Assembly: GCA_025603075.1 (NCBI GenBank)
Contig: MU626341.1
Location: 1-64,000, forward strand
Direction: 5' to 3'
Source of the DNA: Neoconidiobolus thromboides FSU 785
Lineage: Eukaryota > Fungi > Entomophthoromycota
DNA: 64,000 nt
The notes below the pieces were generated by a model that was not told the DNA's origin, made no database searches, and worked only from the letters and a program-made list of their open reading frames with translations. The position numbers and the translations under genes are program-made. Shown piece by piece: positions 23,191-36,069 of this stretch (positions are counted from its first letter, which is position 1; every line of letters starts with the position of its first letter).

Positions 23191-24088
23191 ATATGACGGT
23201 TATATCTTTATTGTTGAAGGTTTTTTAATAGTTTATCTAATCAATAGTGTCTAAAAAATGTGAAAATAATTGAAACTTGAAAAGACATTCCACATGAATT
23301 GAAAAATCATAAATATTCAATCTCACTAACAAAAAATAAAAGTATAAAGATTAAATTTAATTTAAAACTAAGCTTTGAAACTTGTAAGATTTACTAACAC
23401 CAAAAGTCATAGTTTATTTTACTAACCTTTTCCCTTTTTTTCTAATAAATTGCCATAGTACAGCCTGTGAGTAGATGCCTTTCACTGTTTTTGATATAAG
23501 CTATGCGATACATCCTCTTTCAGATCTTTAATTTTCTATTATAATTTAACGCTAAATTAAAAACAAAAAAAGACATTTAACTATAAATTGCTTTAATAAA
23601 CTTTATAAACAAAAAAACAAGTTCTGAATACTGTATTAAAATCGTTTTAAAAAGCTCACTCCAAACTAGGACTTTATCCTAACTCATGTATAACTTTTAC
23701 TCTATTTATTAAAAGTAGCCAAATAATACCCAGTAGACTATCTTCAACCATTCATTTCAAATAGTCTCGTGACAAATTTCTTAAAACAAGATAAGACATT
23801 GAAAGTGATTGTAAGAAAAAAGTGTTATTAAAAACTCTTCTTCTTCATTCCAATCCGCTCCATCCTAACTTTCCTTTCATTGACGTTTTTATCAAATGAA
23901 TGTCAAAACGTTTTTCTTGAATTTCAAAAGAAAAAAGTAGATAAATATAGTAAATGGGTTATCATACCAATCTCCAAGTTCCAGTCAATCCCAATATTCA
24001 AGGATGTTTATCAAAACTAAAAACGTATATAAACTACACATAAACTCAAAAAAAAACAAGATTCAACTAATATAAAAACAAGCTCTAA

Positions 24089-24334
24089 ATGAAATATCAT
24101 CTAAATTATCTTAGAATTATTTTTTTAATATTTATCGCTAATAGTCAATGTAAACAAACGAATGCTAATGGAATCAATAATAACGATAAGTCTATATTAG
24201 CTTCATTTGGTACTAAATTTAAAGAGCAGTTATTTAAAAGCACTATATTGTTGGTAGTTTATAAAGTAGCTCAATCTAACTTTCGAAAATGGAGTAGAAG
24301 CTCATCTGCATTTTATGTTAAACCCAAAGAATAA
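24089..24334 (+). CDS. Small secreted cationic peptide precursor C2
   Basis: Signal peptide; C-terminal KVAQSNFRKWSRSSSAFYVKPKE matches C1 KVIQSNFRKLGRKSSALYVTPKD. Confidence 0.8.
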   Translation: MKYHLNYLRIIFLIFIANSQCKQTNANGINNNDKSILASFGTKFKEQLFKSTILLVVYKVAQSNFRKWSRSSSAFYVKPKE

Positions 24335-24816
24335 AATAAAAATCGAAATTTGAGTTTAAATTTAAATATTGTACTATTCCAGTATGGATTAATATTTGTT
24401 TCATACTTCAAACCTTATTTTCTAATATAATAATCTGTTATTATAAATTTATGTTCACTTTTATTTTTATAATAGATAATCTACTATTTTAATTAGTAAT
24501 GTCAATATAGTATAAAATTATATATAAAAAAGAGAGTTTATCTTCTTGAACTTATTGTAACTTTTTACTATTTAATAAACTCTTTAGTGTTTTTTTTAAA
24601 AAATTCAAAACACTATGCTATCAATAGACCTCAAGCATTATATAAAAACGTTGTATAAACGAATGAGCACTTTTCTTCAAAATCTAGAAATAATAGAGCT
24701 AAAGATCCTACCCTCAAATTCATTTATAACATGCAATTAATTATTAATATGTAAACATACTTATTTCATTGTAATCTTTGCAATAAAGATTTAAATCCTA
24801 TTAATAAGATCAATAT

Positions 24817-24912
24817 GGGGATTTATTTTTATTTAAGGATTTTACTAATAATTTCTTCACTCAAATAGCACTTAAAAGATAGAAAAAGTGATCAAGCCAA
24901 AAAAACACTTTC
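24817..24912 (+). mobile_element. MITE copy
   Basis: GGGGATT...CACTTTC ends, ATAT duplication. Confidence 0.88.
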
Positions 24913-25956
24913 ATATCCTCTAATTTATTTTCGAAATACGAGTAATTGAAAATAAATTAATAAGTCACATCCTATTTATAAACAACATTATCATATCTTA
25001 TGTTTACATATTACTTTCCAATTAAAAATTAATTAGCAAGCATTATGATATCAACTGCCAACAATATTAAGCTATAGCATCTACTTGTACATTACTACTT
25101 CATAGTCAAAATTCCAGAATTTTGATGTGTTTAGTGTAGCAGCTTATTTGTTAATTAAAATTTATCAGTTTTTGTACCAATCTGAACTTCATTTATTGAT
25201 TAAAATTCAATTTATTGAAATTTGGATTGATACTTTTATTGCCAAATAAGTTTAATAGAATTTTACCAGACTCCAATTTATTGAGTATACTAAAAAGTAT
25301 CCTTCCGTTAGGTAATACAAATTCTTTTTAATAGTAGCCGATAGTTCTTATTATCTCAAAATTAATTAAAAGTGAGATAGTTTTAGAAGTCCATAATAAC
25401 GCCATTCTATGGACAATTGTTAATCTTAGTCTTTTTAATATTAGAATTACTTTGGTATTGATGATTGTATTCATCTAAATAAATGGAAAGTCAGAAATAA
25501 AAGACAAATTTCATCAAAAGCTTTTGTATCTATTTTGTTTAAAAGTAACTTGATTAAGTAACTTTAGAGTTTAAGAATGATGTTAACAGTGTTTATAGAA
25601 TATCATAATAATACCTTTTAAAAATAAATTATTTGAAAAAAGATGCCAACCTTTATTCTATTACCCTATTATGTAGTTAAGTTTGTCCAATTTTGTGCCA
25701 ATGAAATTTAAAGATATTGACTATTATTATATTAAGTTAAAGGTAATACCGAATTTATGAAAGTAAATCAAGGATAACTACTAGCTATTTTGATCTATTA
25801 ATATATTGAAGTAGAATTAAATCAAATAATTTATGATTAGAACTAAGATTAGAAAATAGAATCCAAGATTTAGGAATGGCTCTAAGAATTTAAATAAACA
25901 TAGGGAAGGTCTTAATTTGATTTTGTCTCAAACTTATAAAACTTCATATCTTATAT

Positions 25957-26140
25957 GAAGTGTTTTGTTTAATTTTATCACTTTTTCTACCTTCTAAGCG
26001 CTATTTAAGTGGAGAAATTATTAGTAAAATTCTTAAACATAAAAATACATCTCCCATTTTTCGGTTTCATTATTTTTTCAATTTTTAAGTATTATTGAAT
26101 ATAAAAAAAGGTTAATGAATTAAATAATAATATCATCCCC
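25957..26140 (-). mobile_element. MITE copy (25957-26055) abutting an older degenerate copy (to 26140)
   Basis: Two consecutive minus-orientation matches, the second ending CATCCCC-ATAT. Confidence 0.8.
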
Positions 26141-26651
26141 ATATTTTATTTCACTTTACGCTATCTCAACTTTACTTGTCTAAATCAACTTATACAAAAC
26201 AATATAAAGCAATAAGTACAACTCGATTTATTTTAAAGCAGATATTCTCCAATTAATGCATCTTCCACATATCACTTAATTAATCTTTACCTCTTTTCTA
26301 AGCCTCCTTTTTCACACTGTATCACAACTTATTTGTCTATTATTTCACTTTTATCATTATTTTTAATTTATTAGTATAATACTTGGTAGTTACTTTTTCA
26401 ATGTAAAAAAATAAAGCTTGTTCTTAGATTCAAAACTTTTTTTAGTACTTATGCATTATACGACTGTTTAAGTTTAATTACCAATATGTAACTGTTTATT
26501 TAAGAATAAATTTTTAGTCACAAATTTTCAAAGAGTAAGGACTAGGTCATGAAAAAACCAATTAAATAAATAGAAGTTAAAGTTTTTTCATAAACAAACA
26601 TATTTGAATTTAAAAACTGTAACTAATAAATTCAACTCAGAAAAAGTAAAT

Positions 26652-26749
26652 GAGGATGTATTTTTGTGTTTAAGAATTTTACTAACAAATTTTCCACTCA
26701 AATAGTGCTTAAAAAACGGAAAAATAATGAAATCAAAAAAAACAGCCCC
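26652..26749 (+). mobile_element. MITE copy
   Basis: GAGGATG...CAGCCCC ends, AAAT on both flanks. Confidence 0.92.
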
Positions 26750-27242
26750 AAATCATAAAATTCAAAACTAGTCACACTTTTTTAGTGGGTCCAAAATTAA
26801 TTAAGGGGTTTATTAAAATAAAAAGATGTCTATAAAAAATTTTGTTTTTTATTTTAAAATATTAATTAAATACTTTTAAATATTTAACTATATTTAAAAT
26901 AAATTAAAATTAACATAAAATTTAAAAATAAATTAATTTTAGTTAAAGAATTTAATAATATTATATGGCTGACTTATTCTTTAAACTAAAAATAAAATGG
27001 AGTAATAATGCAATGTACTAAGAATCCTAAATGCTATAATAAACTTAATAAACTTTTTGAAAAATATGGAAGGATACAAAAAAGGTAACATAAACCATAA
27101 CTAATAATTTATTAAACATAATATTTGATTATAATAAATTTTTCATTATAATAAAATTTTTATTATACGTTTAAAAAAATTAAAATTAAACCTAAAATAT
27201 ACAAATACACGATACAAAAGTCACAACTAGTTACGTAAAACT

Positions 27243-28598
27243 CTATGATAATGGGGAATAAGAGTTGAGATTATTAGTTTGAAACAATTCTTGGAAGTGT
27301 TCCTCTGAATTGAAGTCAATCTGGGCTATTTCTTCAGTATTATCTCCTTCTTTTTTCATTGAAAATTTCATAAGATCTTCTGGAAGTTTGGCCATATTCC
27401 TTAGATTAATATCTTTAGATGTCAAAGCTACCATATCTTCCATAAGTAAATTTAATGGCCCATATAATGTATGTTTAAAAAATCGAGTGGCTTGCATATT
27501 TTCAGTAAAATCATTACATGGTGCCCACATCAATTGACCTTGTACATTGGCTTCCATAAAAAAAGAGGGTACTTGGTTAGTATCAAAGATTGCATTTGCT
27601 TGATTATAACCATCATCAATTGGCTTAATTGTAATCGATACAATTGCTGAAAATGGAATTTCCATCTTAAACTTCATACCACCATCTGCGATGTGCCAAG
27701 TTAATACACGTTGTGATAAGTTATAGATACATTGTAAATCCCCTTTTTGTACTGTACGACGACGCCAGCTTCCAATGCTCAAGACATCACATCGAATTTC
27801 ACCCATTATACTATTAGGATCATTTTGTTTGTTAACTGAGCCTAAAAATGGTGAAGAGATACTTCCAAGGCTTAATGATCTAGGTTGAATAGTAGCTTTA
27901 CCATTAAAAGTAGCAGGGTAAGAAAGATTAGGATTATCTAAAGCTTGAGAAGCAGTGACAAAAGGATCAATATGATTATTGTTCATTATACTGAATCCAT
28001 TGTTATAATGGACATTGAAAGGAGAAGAATGATAGCTCATATTATTTAAGTAATTATTGTTATACATTTGATGTTTCATAGCCTCTTCTTGAAGCATATA
28101 GTTACGCTTTTGCATCAATTTTACCTTAGCACGTCGGTTTTGGAACCAGATCTGAACTGAGCGTTCACTCATATTGACTTTTTCAGCTAAGATTTCTCTA
28201 GCTCTACTATTTGGTGAACTATTATGAGAAAAAGCTTCTTCGAGAATAGATAATTGATCTGCATTAGCTCGAGTTCTTTTTCTTTGATTTGAAGAAGATG
28301 AGTCAAGTTTTTCTCTTTGTATTGGAGAGCTGGCTGCTTTATCTTTCATTTCACTGGATCGAGAAATCCCACAAGATTTATTGGAGCCAAATACATGGTC
28401 TAAGCTACTTGCTTTCATATCAAGATCTATCATTGGCGATTTTGTAAAGTTTATAGAGTTTACTAAGTCATTTGAGGGGTAAGACATGATGTTAGAAGTG
28501 GAGCGAGCTAACGTAGACAGGTTATAAGAGTAATGATGGTTTGGATTTTCGGGACCAAAATTAACAGTTGGGAAATGTAAGTTTAAATTATTTTCCAT
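27243..28598 (-). CDS. Homeodomain transcription factor (Pho2/Pah1-like)
   Basis: RKRTRANADQLSILE...RSVQIWFQNRRAK homeodomain plus the fungal C-terminal region CDVLSIGSWRR...FKMEIPFSAI. Confidence 0.9.
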   Translation of the reverse strand: MENNLNLHFPTVNFGPENPNHHYSYNLSTLARSTSNIMSYPSNDLVNSINFTKSPMIDLDMKASSLDHVFGSNKSCGISRSSEMKDKAASSPIQREKLDSSSSNQRKRTRANADQLSILEEAFSHNSSPNSRAREILAEKVNMSERSVQIWFQNRRAKVKLMQKRNYMLQEEAMKHQMYNNNYLNNMSYHSSPFNVHYNNGFSIMNNNHIDPFVTASQALDNPNLSYPATFNGKATIQPRSLSLGSISSPFLGSVNKQNDPNSIMGEIRCDVLSIGSWRRRTVQKGDLQCIYNLSQRVLTWHIADGGMKFKMEIPFSAIVSITIKPIDDGYNQANAIFDTNQVPSFFMEANVQGQLMWAPCNDFTENMQATRFFKHTLYGPLNLLMEDMVALTSKDINLRNMAKLPEDLMKFSMKKEGDNTEEIAQIDFNSEEHFQELFQTNNLNSYSPLS

Positions 28599-30213
28599 AA
28601 GGACTTGGAAGTAAAATTAGGTAATATATAATTAAAAAAGAAAAGTTTAATAAACTTTGAATAGTGGTAAGTGAGAATAAAATGGTAGAAAGAGAAGAAC
28701 GATGAATTTTTATAGGAGTTGCTAACTCCAATTCTTGCGTTAAAAAGTGGAATTAGTGGTGAAATTTTTCCCCCTTTGCTTACCAGATTGGTGGCTAAAA
28801 CAGGAATAGATTCTTGAATATTAAGCCCTCGAATTATGCTATGAAGTTACTTGAGTTAAATTTGGTGAATACTTAGGCCAGACTTGAGCTTGCTCTAGAA
28901 AAGTGGAAATAAATGACATAATCCTAATTCTTTCATTGTCATTGAGATAAGTTAAAGCTCAAATTGAATACAATATTCTTATACTTTCATTGGTTTATCT
29001 TAAGAAAATTAATAATTAATTTAGTTGAATTTTAGTTGGAAATTATGCTTTAAGATACTTTATTTAGAATTTATTAGTGTTTATAGATTCAGCGGGGTTA
29101 TTCATTTTTTCAAACTAACCGCGAATTGGGTAGAAATATTGATATTTAACATTTGTTAATATTCTAGACAAATTTAAGTTTAGAGCTATATAAAATATGA
29201 ATAAAACAGAAAAGAAGTTTAATAATAACTTGTATAGAATATATTGTACTGAAAACTACTACAAAACGCTACTAAAATCTGAAGCAAAAGTTGAGCATAA
29301 TATCTCATTACTTTAACAATCTTTATTTAAGATCAAATCAAATGTTGATGACAATTGCATAAACGTTAGTTTTAAAACATTAATTTATTATGTATTCATT
29401 CTTTTATAAACAATTTAACCTCTCTTTACTCCGAGATTAATATGAAACAATTCCTTTTTATAAGTACCAATTTTAAATTTAAACTAAACTACCATTTTAA
29501 TGTTGTATAACAAAATGATAATTTTGCTTTAATATTATATTAATAATACACTTAATTCAGAGCATTTATAATAGCAAATACTATACAATCAATATAATAA
29601 GATAGAAATGAATTTTTAAAATAGTTAAATTGGTATTATTTTTTTACAGTTACTTTTAAAACCTGGTCTGTGGATGATTTAATTATTAATTATTTAGATT
29701 AATATACAGCTGGACCCTTTTTTTATTTAAAAAAATATAATAACTAGACAAAACATAGGATACTATGTCTTGTAACTGAGAATTGTTTAAAAAATTGTTT
29801 ACCGCAAAACTTGATCTTGTTATTTTTTTAAATCTATCAATATTTTTGCCTTAATTTTTACAAACAGTAAAATGATACATATTCGAGGTACATTTTGTTA
29901 AAAGTTAAAAGATCAAGCAACTATCTATTTATACCAAGTGTTCTAAAATCATTGATTAAATTATTTACTAAAATTAAACAACTAATTGTTAAATAATAGG
30001 CTTATTTAACTCAATTGTTATAATTCATAATTTGCAAATAGTGACAACCAATTAAATGTTTAAATTCATACTATTTGCAAACTCAATTGGAGTAGTTAGT
30101 TTCTATTTTCAAATAGAAACTTATACCAATTAGGAAGTTAAATGTACCTGCTATTTCGCACTTATATTTTCATTTGTTATCAATTGGTTTATTTTATTAG
30201 TGTTTGATAAGTT

Positions 30214-30305
30214 AGAGATGTATTTTTCAAAAAAATTACTAATAGCCTTTCCACTCAAATAACGGTCAAAAATAGAAGAAATGATGAAATCAAAAAAACA
30301 CCCTC
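30214..30305 (+). mobile_element. Degenerate MITE copy
   Basis: TTTCCACTCAAATAAC...AAAAAAACACCCTC matches consensus. Confidence 0.75.
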
Positions 30306-31055
30306 AATGAGTAAGATAAAATTGTAATAACATAATAATATATAATGGTATGTGTATTAAAACTAAAGTAGAAGATGGCTTGAAATTATTAAAAGTAATT
30401 CTGGATGTTTTCTAAATTTACTAGGATTTTACATAATTTATTTTTTTATGAAAAGATAAAAATAAATTTTACATGTGTCAGAGTATGTTAATTCAACTTT
30501 AAATTAGACAATTTTGAACTAACTTTAAATTTCTCATATTTAATTTTACACTTTTAATGTCTAGAAAACTTATACTTGATTTTTTTGCAAAAAACCAAAG
30601 TTAATTATGGCCAAGTCTAACAAGTAATGGTTTTTTTTAATTTTAAGTTGCCTAGAAAATGAACAGAACACCAAAATGAAAAAAGAGTTCACATCTGAAT
30701 TTTGCTTTTAAACAGTTTCACCTATTTAGTCGGGTTTTTATCAGGGTTGGTTCCTCTCTTAGTTCTTTTTTACAACGAATCCACTACTAATTACTTAACT
30801 TATTTTATATTTTAAAAAAAATCAGCATCTTGTTTATTTTGAAGATTATGAAAGATAAGTTTGGTTACAAATACTTAAGCCATCATTATTGTTTGATTTT
30901 TTTCAATTGGTTTTTTATACAAAGGATTTGTAATAGCAAATTATTACTCCTTTTTAGTATCAACTACATATTAAGGTTTCTTTTATATAACTAATAATCA
31001 AACAGATCAAGTATAGTATGTATGTTAATCTTTAATTGTTTTATATTTTACATAT

Positions 31056-31128
31056 GGAGGATGTCTTTTTTGATTTTATTATTTTATTATTTTACATATG
31101 TTTTTAATAAATTTCTTAAGACACCCCC
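31056..31128. mobile_element. Short, internally deleted MITE derivative
   Basis: GGAGGATG...CACCCCC ends with ATAT flanks; 73 bp. Confidence 0.6.
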
Positions 31129-31214
31129 ATATCTACTTTTTATATTAAAACTTTTTATGTTAATGGAATCTAATGAGTATGCTAATCAATAACTTTTAAT
31201 TTAAAATATGGTTC

Positions 31215-31311
31215 GGGGATGTTTCTTTGACTTCATCACTTTTCCATTTTTTAGGTCCTGTTTGGGTGGAAAAACTATCACTAAAATTCTTAAACATAAA
31301 AATACATCTCT
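31215..31311 (-). mobile_element. MITE copy
   Basis: GGGGATG...CATCTCT ends; flanks GTTC/ATTC. Confidence 0.82.
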
Positions 31312-31897
31312 ATTCGTTAAAGTTTTATACTTAAAAATTTTAACCTATTTATTTTGTTTAAATAAAGTTAGATGATTTTACATTTTACATTTTACAGCCC
31401 GTTATATGTTAATGATTACATTGTCATTTTTACTATCCTATTTAACTTTAATGGACAAGATTCTTAATATAATACATAGTCATAATTTATATACTTAGAT
31501 CTTGAATTTATTTTTAAATAAAAATTGTGATCTTCTAAATTGTGGTTAAAAACTTGAAGTTATTTTATCAATGGATGTAAAATGAGATAAAACTATGTAA
31601 TTAGGGGATATAACTTAAAAGTAAAAGAGTTTAAGGGGTGAGGTGGAAAGGCAGGAAGTAGTATAATTAAGCAATCAGTAGGAGGTACTGAAGTTCAAGA
31701 GTACTCACTTTAGATCTGAAGAGAACAGATTTAGCTGCTTTAAGCTCGTGTTTGTAAACTTATACAAATAGTAAATAAGGTAATGATAGCTTTGGCCGAG
31801 CAGAAGTAAAGTCAACTGATAACTCTGAATAGCAAAAATCAATGGCCAAAGTTTCAGTAGCCAGAACGAACGCCAAGGAAAAGGGCATGAAGACCTT

Positions 31898-32365
31898 TGT
31901 GAAATATTGCCTTGTCAGCTCCACGATTGATTATAGCATAATAATCACTTAAGCTGTTATGTTCTCGAGTTCAGAGACAATTGATCCCATGCTCTTATTT
32001 TGATTTGCTAAGAGAATTTCTGCCATATGACTCCGAAGGATATTATCTCCCCCCCGTTTTAATATCCATACTTATTGGAGTATAAAAGAGACTCTAGAAC
32101 ATAGTTACTCTAGGCCTTTTAACTGAATTATTCCCTGATATCTCCTATACTTAATAAAGCTACTAAGTTTACTTAATAGTATTTTACGTAGATTTTACAT
32201 TAGTATATCTATTCTATTTGTCTTACATAGTCCGTAGCATATTACGTGCTATTCTTCATAATTCAAGTCTATCTTAGTCACATAAACTAAGACCTTTCGA
32301 CTTATAGTGTAGTCAACCCAGCAATAGCTGTTCTTGACTCCAAACCCTGAGTACCAGATTTCACA
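31898..32365 (+). mobile_element. Solo LTR, family 1 copy B
   Basis: TGTGAAAT...ATTTCACA ends, perfect CCTT duplication, colinear with 2885-3348. Confidence 0.88.
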
Positions 32366-32451
32366 CCTTAAAGGATTTAGTGAGTTGAATAGAACAAGGT
32401 TTGAGGTAGTTAGATACAAATCTGATTTAATTCAATAAACGAAAACTATAT

Positions 32452-32550
32452 GGGGATGTACTTTTTTGTTTAAGGATTTTACTAACAATCTTTTCACTCA
32501 AATAGCGTTTAAGAGATGGAGAAAATAATGAAACTAAAAAAGCCATCCTC
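32452..32550 (+). mobile_element. MITE copy
   Basis: GGGGATG...CATCCTC ends, ATAT duplication. Confidence 0.9.
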
Positions 32551-33520
32551 ATATATTAGAATTGAATTTTCGAATTTACTAATCTAAGATATTTAATTCA
32601 ATACTATATTAAACACATTTTGAAGTTCTTCGCTTATTCAATATATCAGAAGTTTTTCTTTCATATTTTGACACCATTAACTTGAATCAAATTATTATTC
32701 ACATACAATACATACCATCTTGCTTCAACCTCAATTACCTTACTTTGAATTTATCTTGAATCAAATAATTTCCCGTCATAATAACACTATATAGAGTTTA
32801 TTAGGCTTAAAGCTTATTAACTTTTATAATTAATCCTGTTAAAAATGATTTTAATGCGAAGAAAAAGTTCAACTATTGTGGTCATAGCTTTAATTAAATT
32901 ATCATATATTTTACTTTCCAAATTAATAATTAAAATTTAATACTTTGAATCATGTTTTTTCCCATACTTTAAGATTTTATGTCTGAGTTGTCTAAGGTTG
33001 TATGCATGGCGTTAAATCGTAATTATTTTCTCATAATACATTTTAAATTTGGCTATGCTAATATTTTATTTAAAACTACTGCTCGTTCTGTTATGGACTA
33101 TATATTTGAAATAATAATTGTATTTTTTTAACTCAAATGTAAATATTCCTTTCAGGCTGAATTTTTTAACGATTTGGTTCCAACAATCCTATTGGTGAAT
33201 TACAAGTATTGAAAGCTATTTTCAGTTCTTCAATTCTTCTATGTTTAATATCAAGTTCTATTGCTATTTATGTCAATTAATTTATTATTTAGTCTTTTTG
33301 CTCTGATTGTTTGCAATTTTAGGACAGTAAAATTGAGTGGTTTCCTATTTTGTATTGGCTAATAACATTATTACAAAATGTGCTATATAAAATTAATATA
33401 ATTCTTGTATTAATAATAAGGAATTAATTATAAATTTTTTGAAATTACTAAATGGGTGAAATAACTTTGTAATATATAAAGAAGCGAAGTGAAATTTATT
33501 TTTGTTTTTTAATTTAAAAA

Positions 33521-34489
33521 ATGACTGGAGAACAATATATGGCAGGGGTAAAACCCTTATCTCCTAATGAGATACCTGGATGGACTGCTCCAGTTTTATT
33601 TACTTTACTCATAATTGAATTGTTTGCTATAGCACTAAACGTTATTACTTTTTTCTTGATAAGAAAGCAAGGCTTTAAAACGGTAGACATGTGGATAGCG
33701 GCTATTCTTACAGTTGGAGATACTATTTATTTGATATATAAAATTGTACAATCTGCTTTAGTTACAACTTACGACATTCAAACGATATTAATGGGAAGTG
33801 ACGCTTATATGCAATTTGATGGGGCATTTGAGACTTTTATATTGTTGACTTCAATTAACTGTATGGGGGTTTTAGCTGCAATAAGGTTCTGGGGACTATA
33901 CTTGAAAAAGCCTATTGTATCAAAATATTGGATACTGGCTTTTACTGTCGAAGAGATACTTATTTTGGTTGGTCTGATAGTTGCAGCCATATATAAAGAA
34001 TTTGTTTTAGCTCCTGGGCAGCTTTATAATTGTATATATACTATCTCTACATCTGGAATCACGAAATTTGTTATAACTTTACAAATTTTATATTTTCTAT
34101 TAAACTGGGCTATTATAAATATTAGCTACCCACTTTTATGTAAAGGGTATTTAGAGCAACTTAGATATTATGATGTAGAGCAGGCTGCCAATCTTTATTC
34201 AATGAAACGATTCAGTAATGGGAAAAAAACGAGATTAATCGCAAAGACTGTGATTCTTCTACTTTTATATAATTTTTGCATGGTGCCTAGTATAGTTGTT
34301 TTTTTCAAAGAGCAAATAACTGGGAATTTCAGAAGTTATAGTGAAGATTTTGTCTTCTCTTGTCCCTTATTTTTAGTGGCTCTTGTAAACCCATTAACTC
34401 TTTTGGTTCTTCACGACAATACTACCAAAATTTTCAAAGCTTCATTTGCTTCATTCATTAACTCAATTAAATCTTACATATCAAAATAA
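33521..34489 (+). CDS. Class-A (rhodopsin-fold)-like 7TM receptor, paralog 1
   Basis: 322 aa, intronless, seven hydrophobic segments; DMWIA in TM2, LAAIRFW at the TM3 end, VNPLTLLVLH in TM7. Confidence 0.8.
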   Translation: MTGEQYMAGVKPLSPNEIPGWTAPVLFTLLIIELFAIALNVITFFLIRKQGFKTVDMWIAAILTVGDTIYLIYKIVQSALVTTYDIQTILMGSDAYMQFDGAFETFILLTSINCMGVLAAIRFWGLYLKKPIVSKYWILAFTVEEILILVGLIVAAIYKEFVLAPGQLYNCIYTISTSGITKFVITLQILYFLLNWAIINISYPLLCKGYLEQLRYYDVEQAANLYSMKRFSNGKKTRLIAKTVILLLLYNFCMVPSIVVFFKEQITGNFRSYSEDFVFSCPLFLVALVNPLTLLVLHDNTTKIFKASFASFINSIKSYISK

Positions 34490-36069
34490 ATCAATATTTC
34501 AATCACCATATACTTTAATATATCCTTACTATTAAACTTATTTGAATATCTTTAACTTTTATTTTTCTTGGAATATTAACATTAATGTTTATCCCGTATA
34601 TAACCAAATGTTCCAGTTATTTGTTACTACCAAATAACTTCTTTTTAGAAAATAAATCAATTATGCTATTACTTTTAAAAACCGGTCATACAAATAGAAT
34701 ATAATCATCTAAAACAATAACATGTAAATGTATTTATTTCCTATTTAGGTAGTTTCATAAAGATGTCTTTATGAATATCATATTTGAATATTTATAACTA
34801 AAATTCAACTTTCATAAAGCAATTGAATCAAATATACATACTTAATGCTGCCTAATTGTTATAAGCTATGAATTGTAACTATTTATATCATTTCGATTTT
34901 ATAATTTGCTATCTTACGCAAATTATAAAAAAAATTATATTTTATTATAAAAGGGAAATATATTCAAAAACTGTTCCTTATTGAATTCTTTAACTCATCT
35001 TTCTATATTAAGAAGTGAATGATCAATTATATTACCTAATTAAAATAACATTACCATGGAAAAAGTTTGAAAAATACAACTCTCAAATATGTTAATGTAG
35101 CATCAAAGTGAAGCTAGTAAAAGCTCATATTATTTACTCAAAAACGGGGGGTATGACAAGTACTAATATCAAATATAATAGTTTTAGGCTACATTTGATA
35201 TCTTATAAGATTTTATTATTATAATTTTATAAATCACCTTTTCACATACATAAACTTATTTTTAAGTCCCTTAGTTTATCAAGATTTTTAACTTATTTTA
35301 GCCAATAAATTTCTAACTAATTTGAATAATATATTATTTAAGTAGCAATATTAGTAACCAATAACCTAAACTAATAGATTAGAAGTTCTATCCAAAATGT
35401 AACATTGAACAAAAAGGCCTATTTGTTAGTTATTAATTGGTAGTATTTTAAGATCGTCACTACATTATTATAGTTTACACATATTATTACTTAATATAAT
35501 AACAACAACTTTTATAATAAATTTTTAACATTTGATTTATCAATTGTCAATGTTATATTTTCTGGTAAGTAACTTAAAACATCCTTTTGAAATAAAGTAA
35601 TTTTATTCATATAAATTAATATCAATGTTGAATTTTTATTGATAAAAACATTAATAAAAATAGTTTTGATGACTATAATTATGTTTCATAAGTCGCTTTA
35701 CTATCAGCTTTTAATGTTTGTTTAAAAAACTATGAATTTAATGATAGTTTAATAATGTTAAATTTTAAATTTTAATTTTTAAGCTTCTTTTTTATATTTA
35801 GTACATTTTATGAATAATGTATTATCAAAAAAGCTAGTTCAACCCTTATTCAATTAAAAATCATATTTTTAATTATTAAGTTGAATTGCTTAATAACTAT
35901 AATATATTAAGCTACTTAATTAAGTTGAAATAAAAAACTCGTAATACGAATAATCTCAAATACTAAAATATGTTCACAAACTAAACAAATACTTGGTATA
36001 GTTATTAGATATTACTATAAGATTAATACAAAATTAAAATTAAACTTTGTTATATTTAAATAAAATAGA

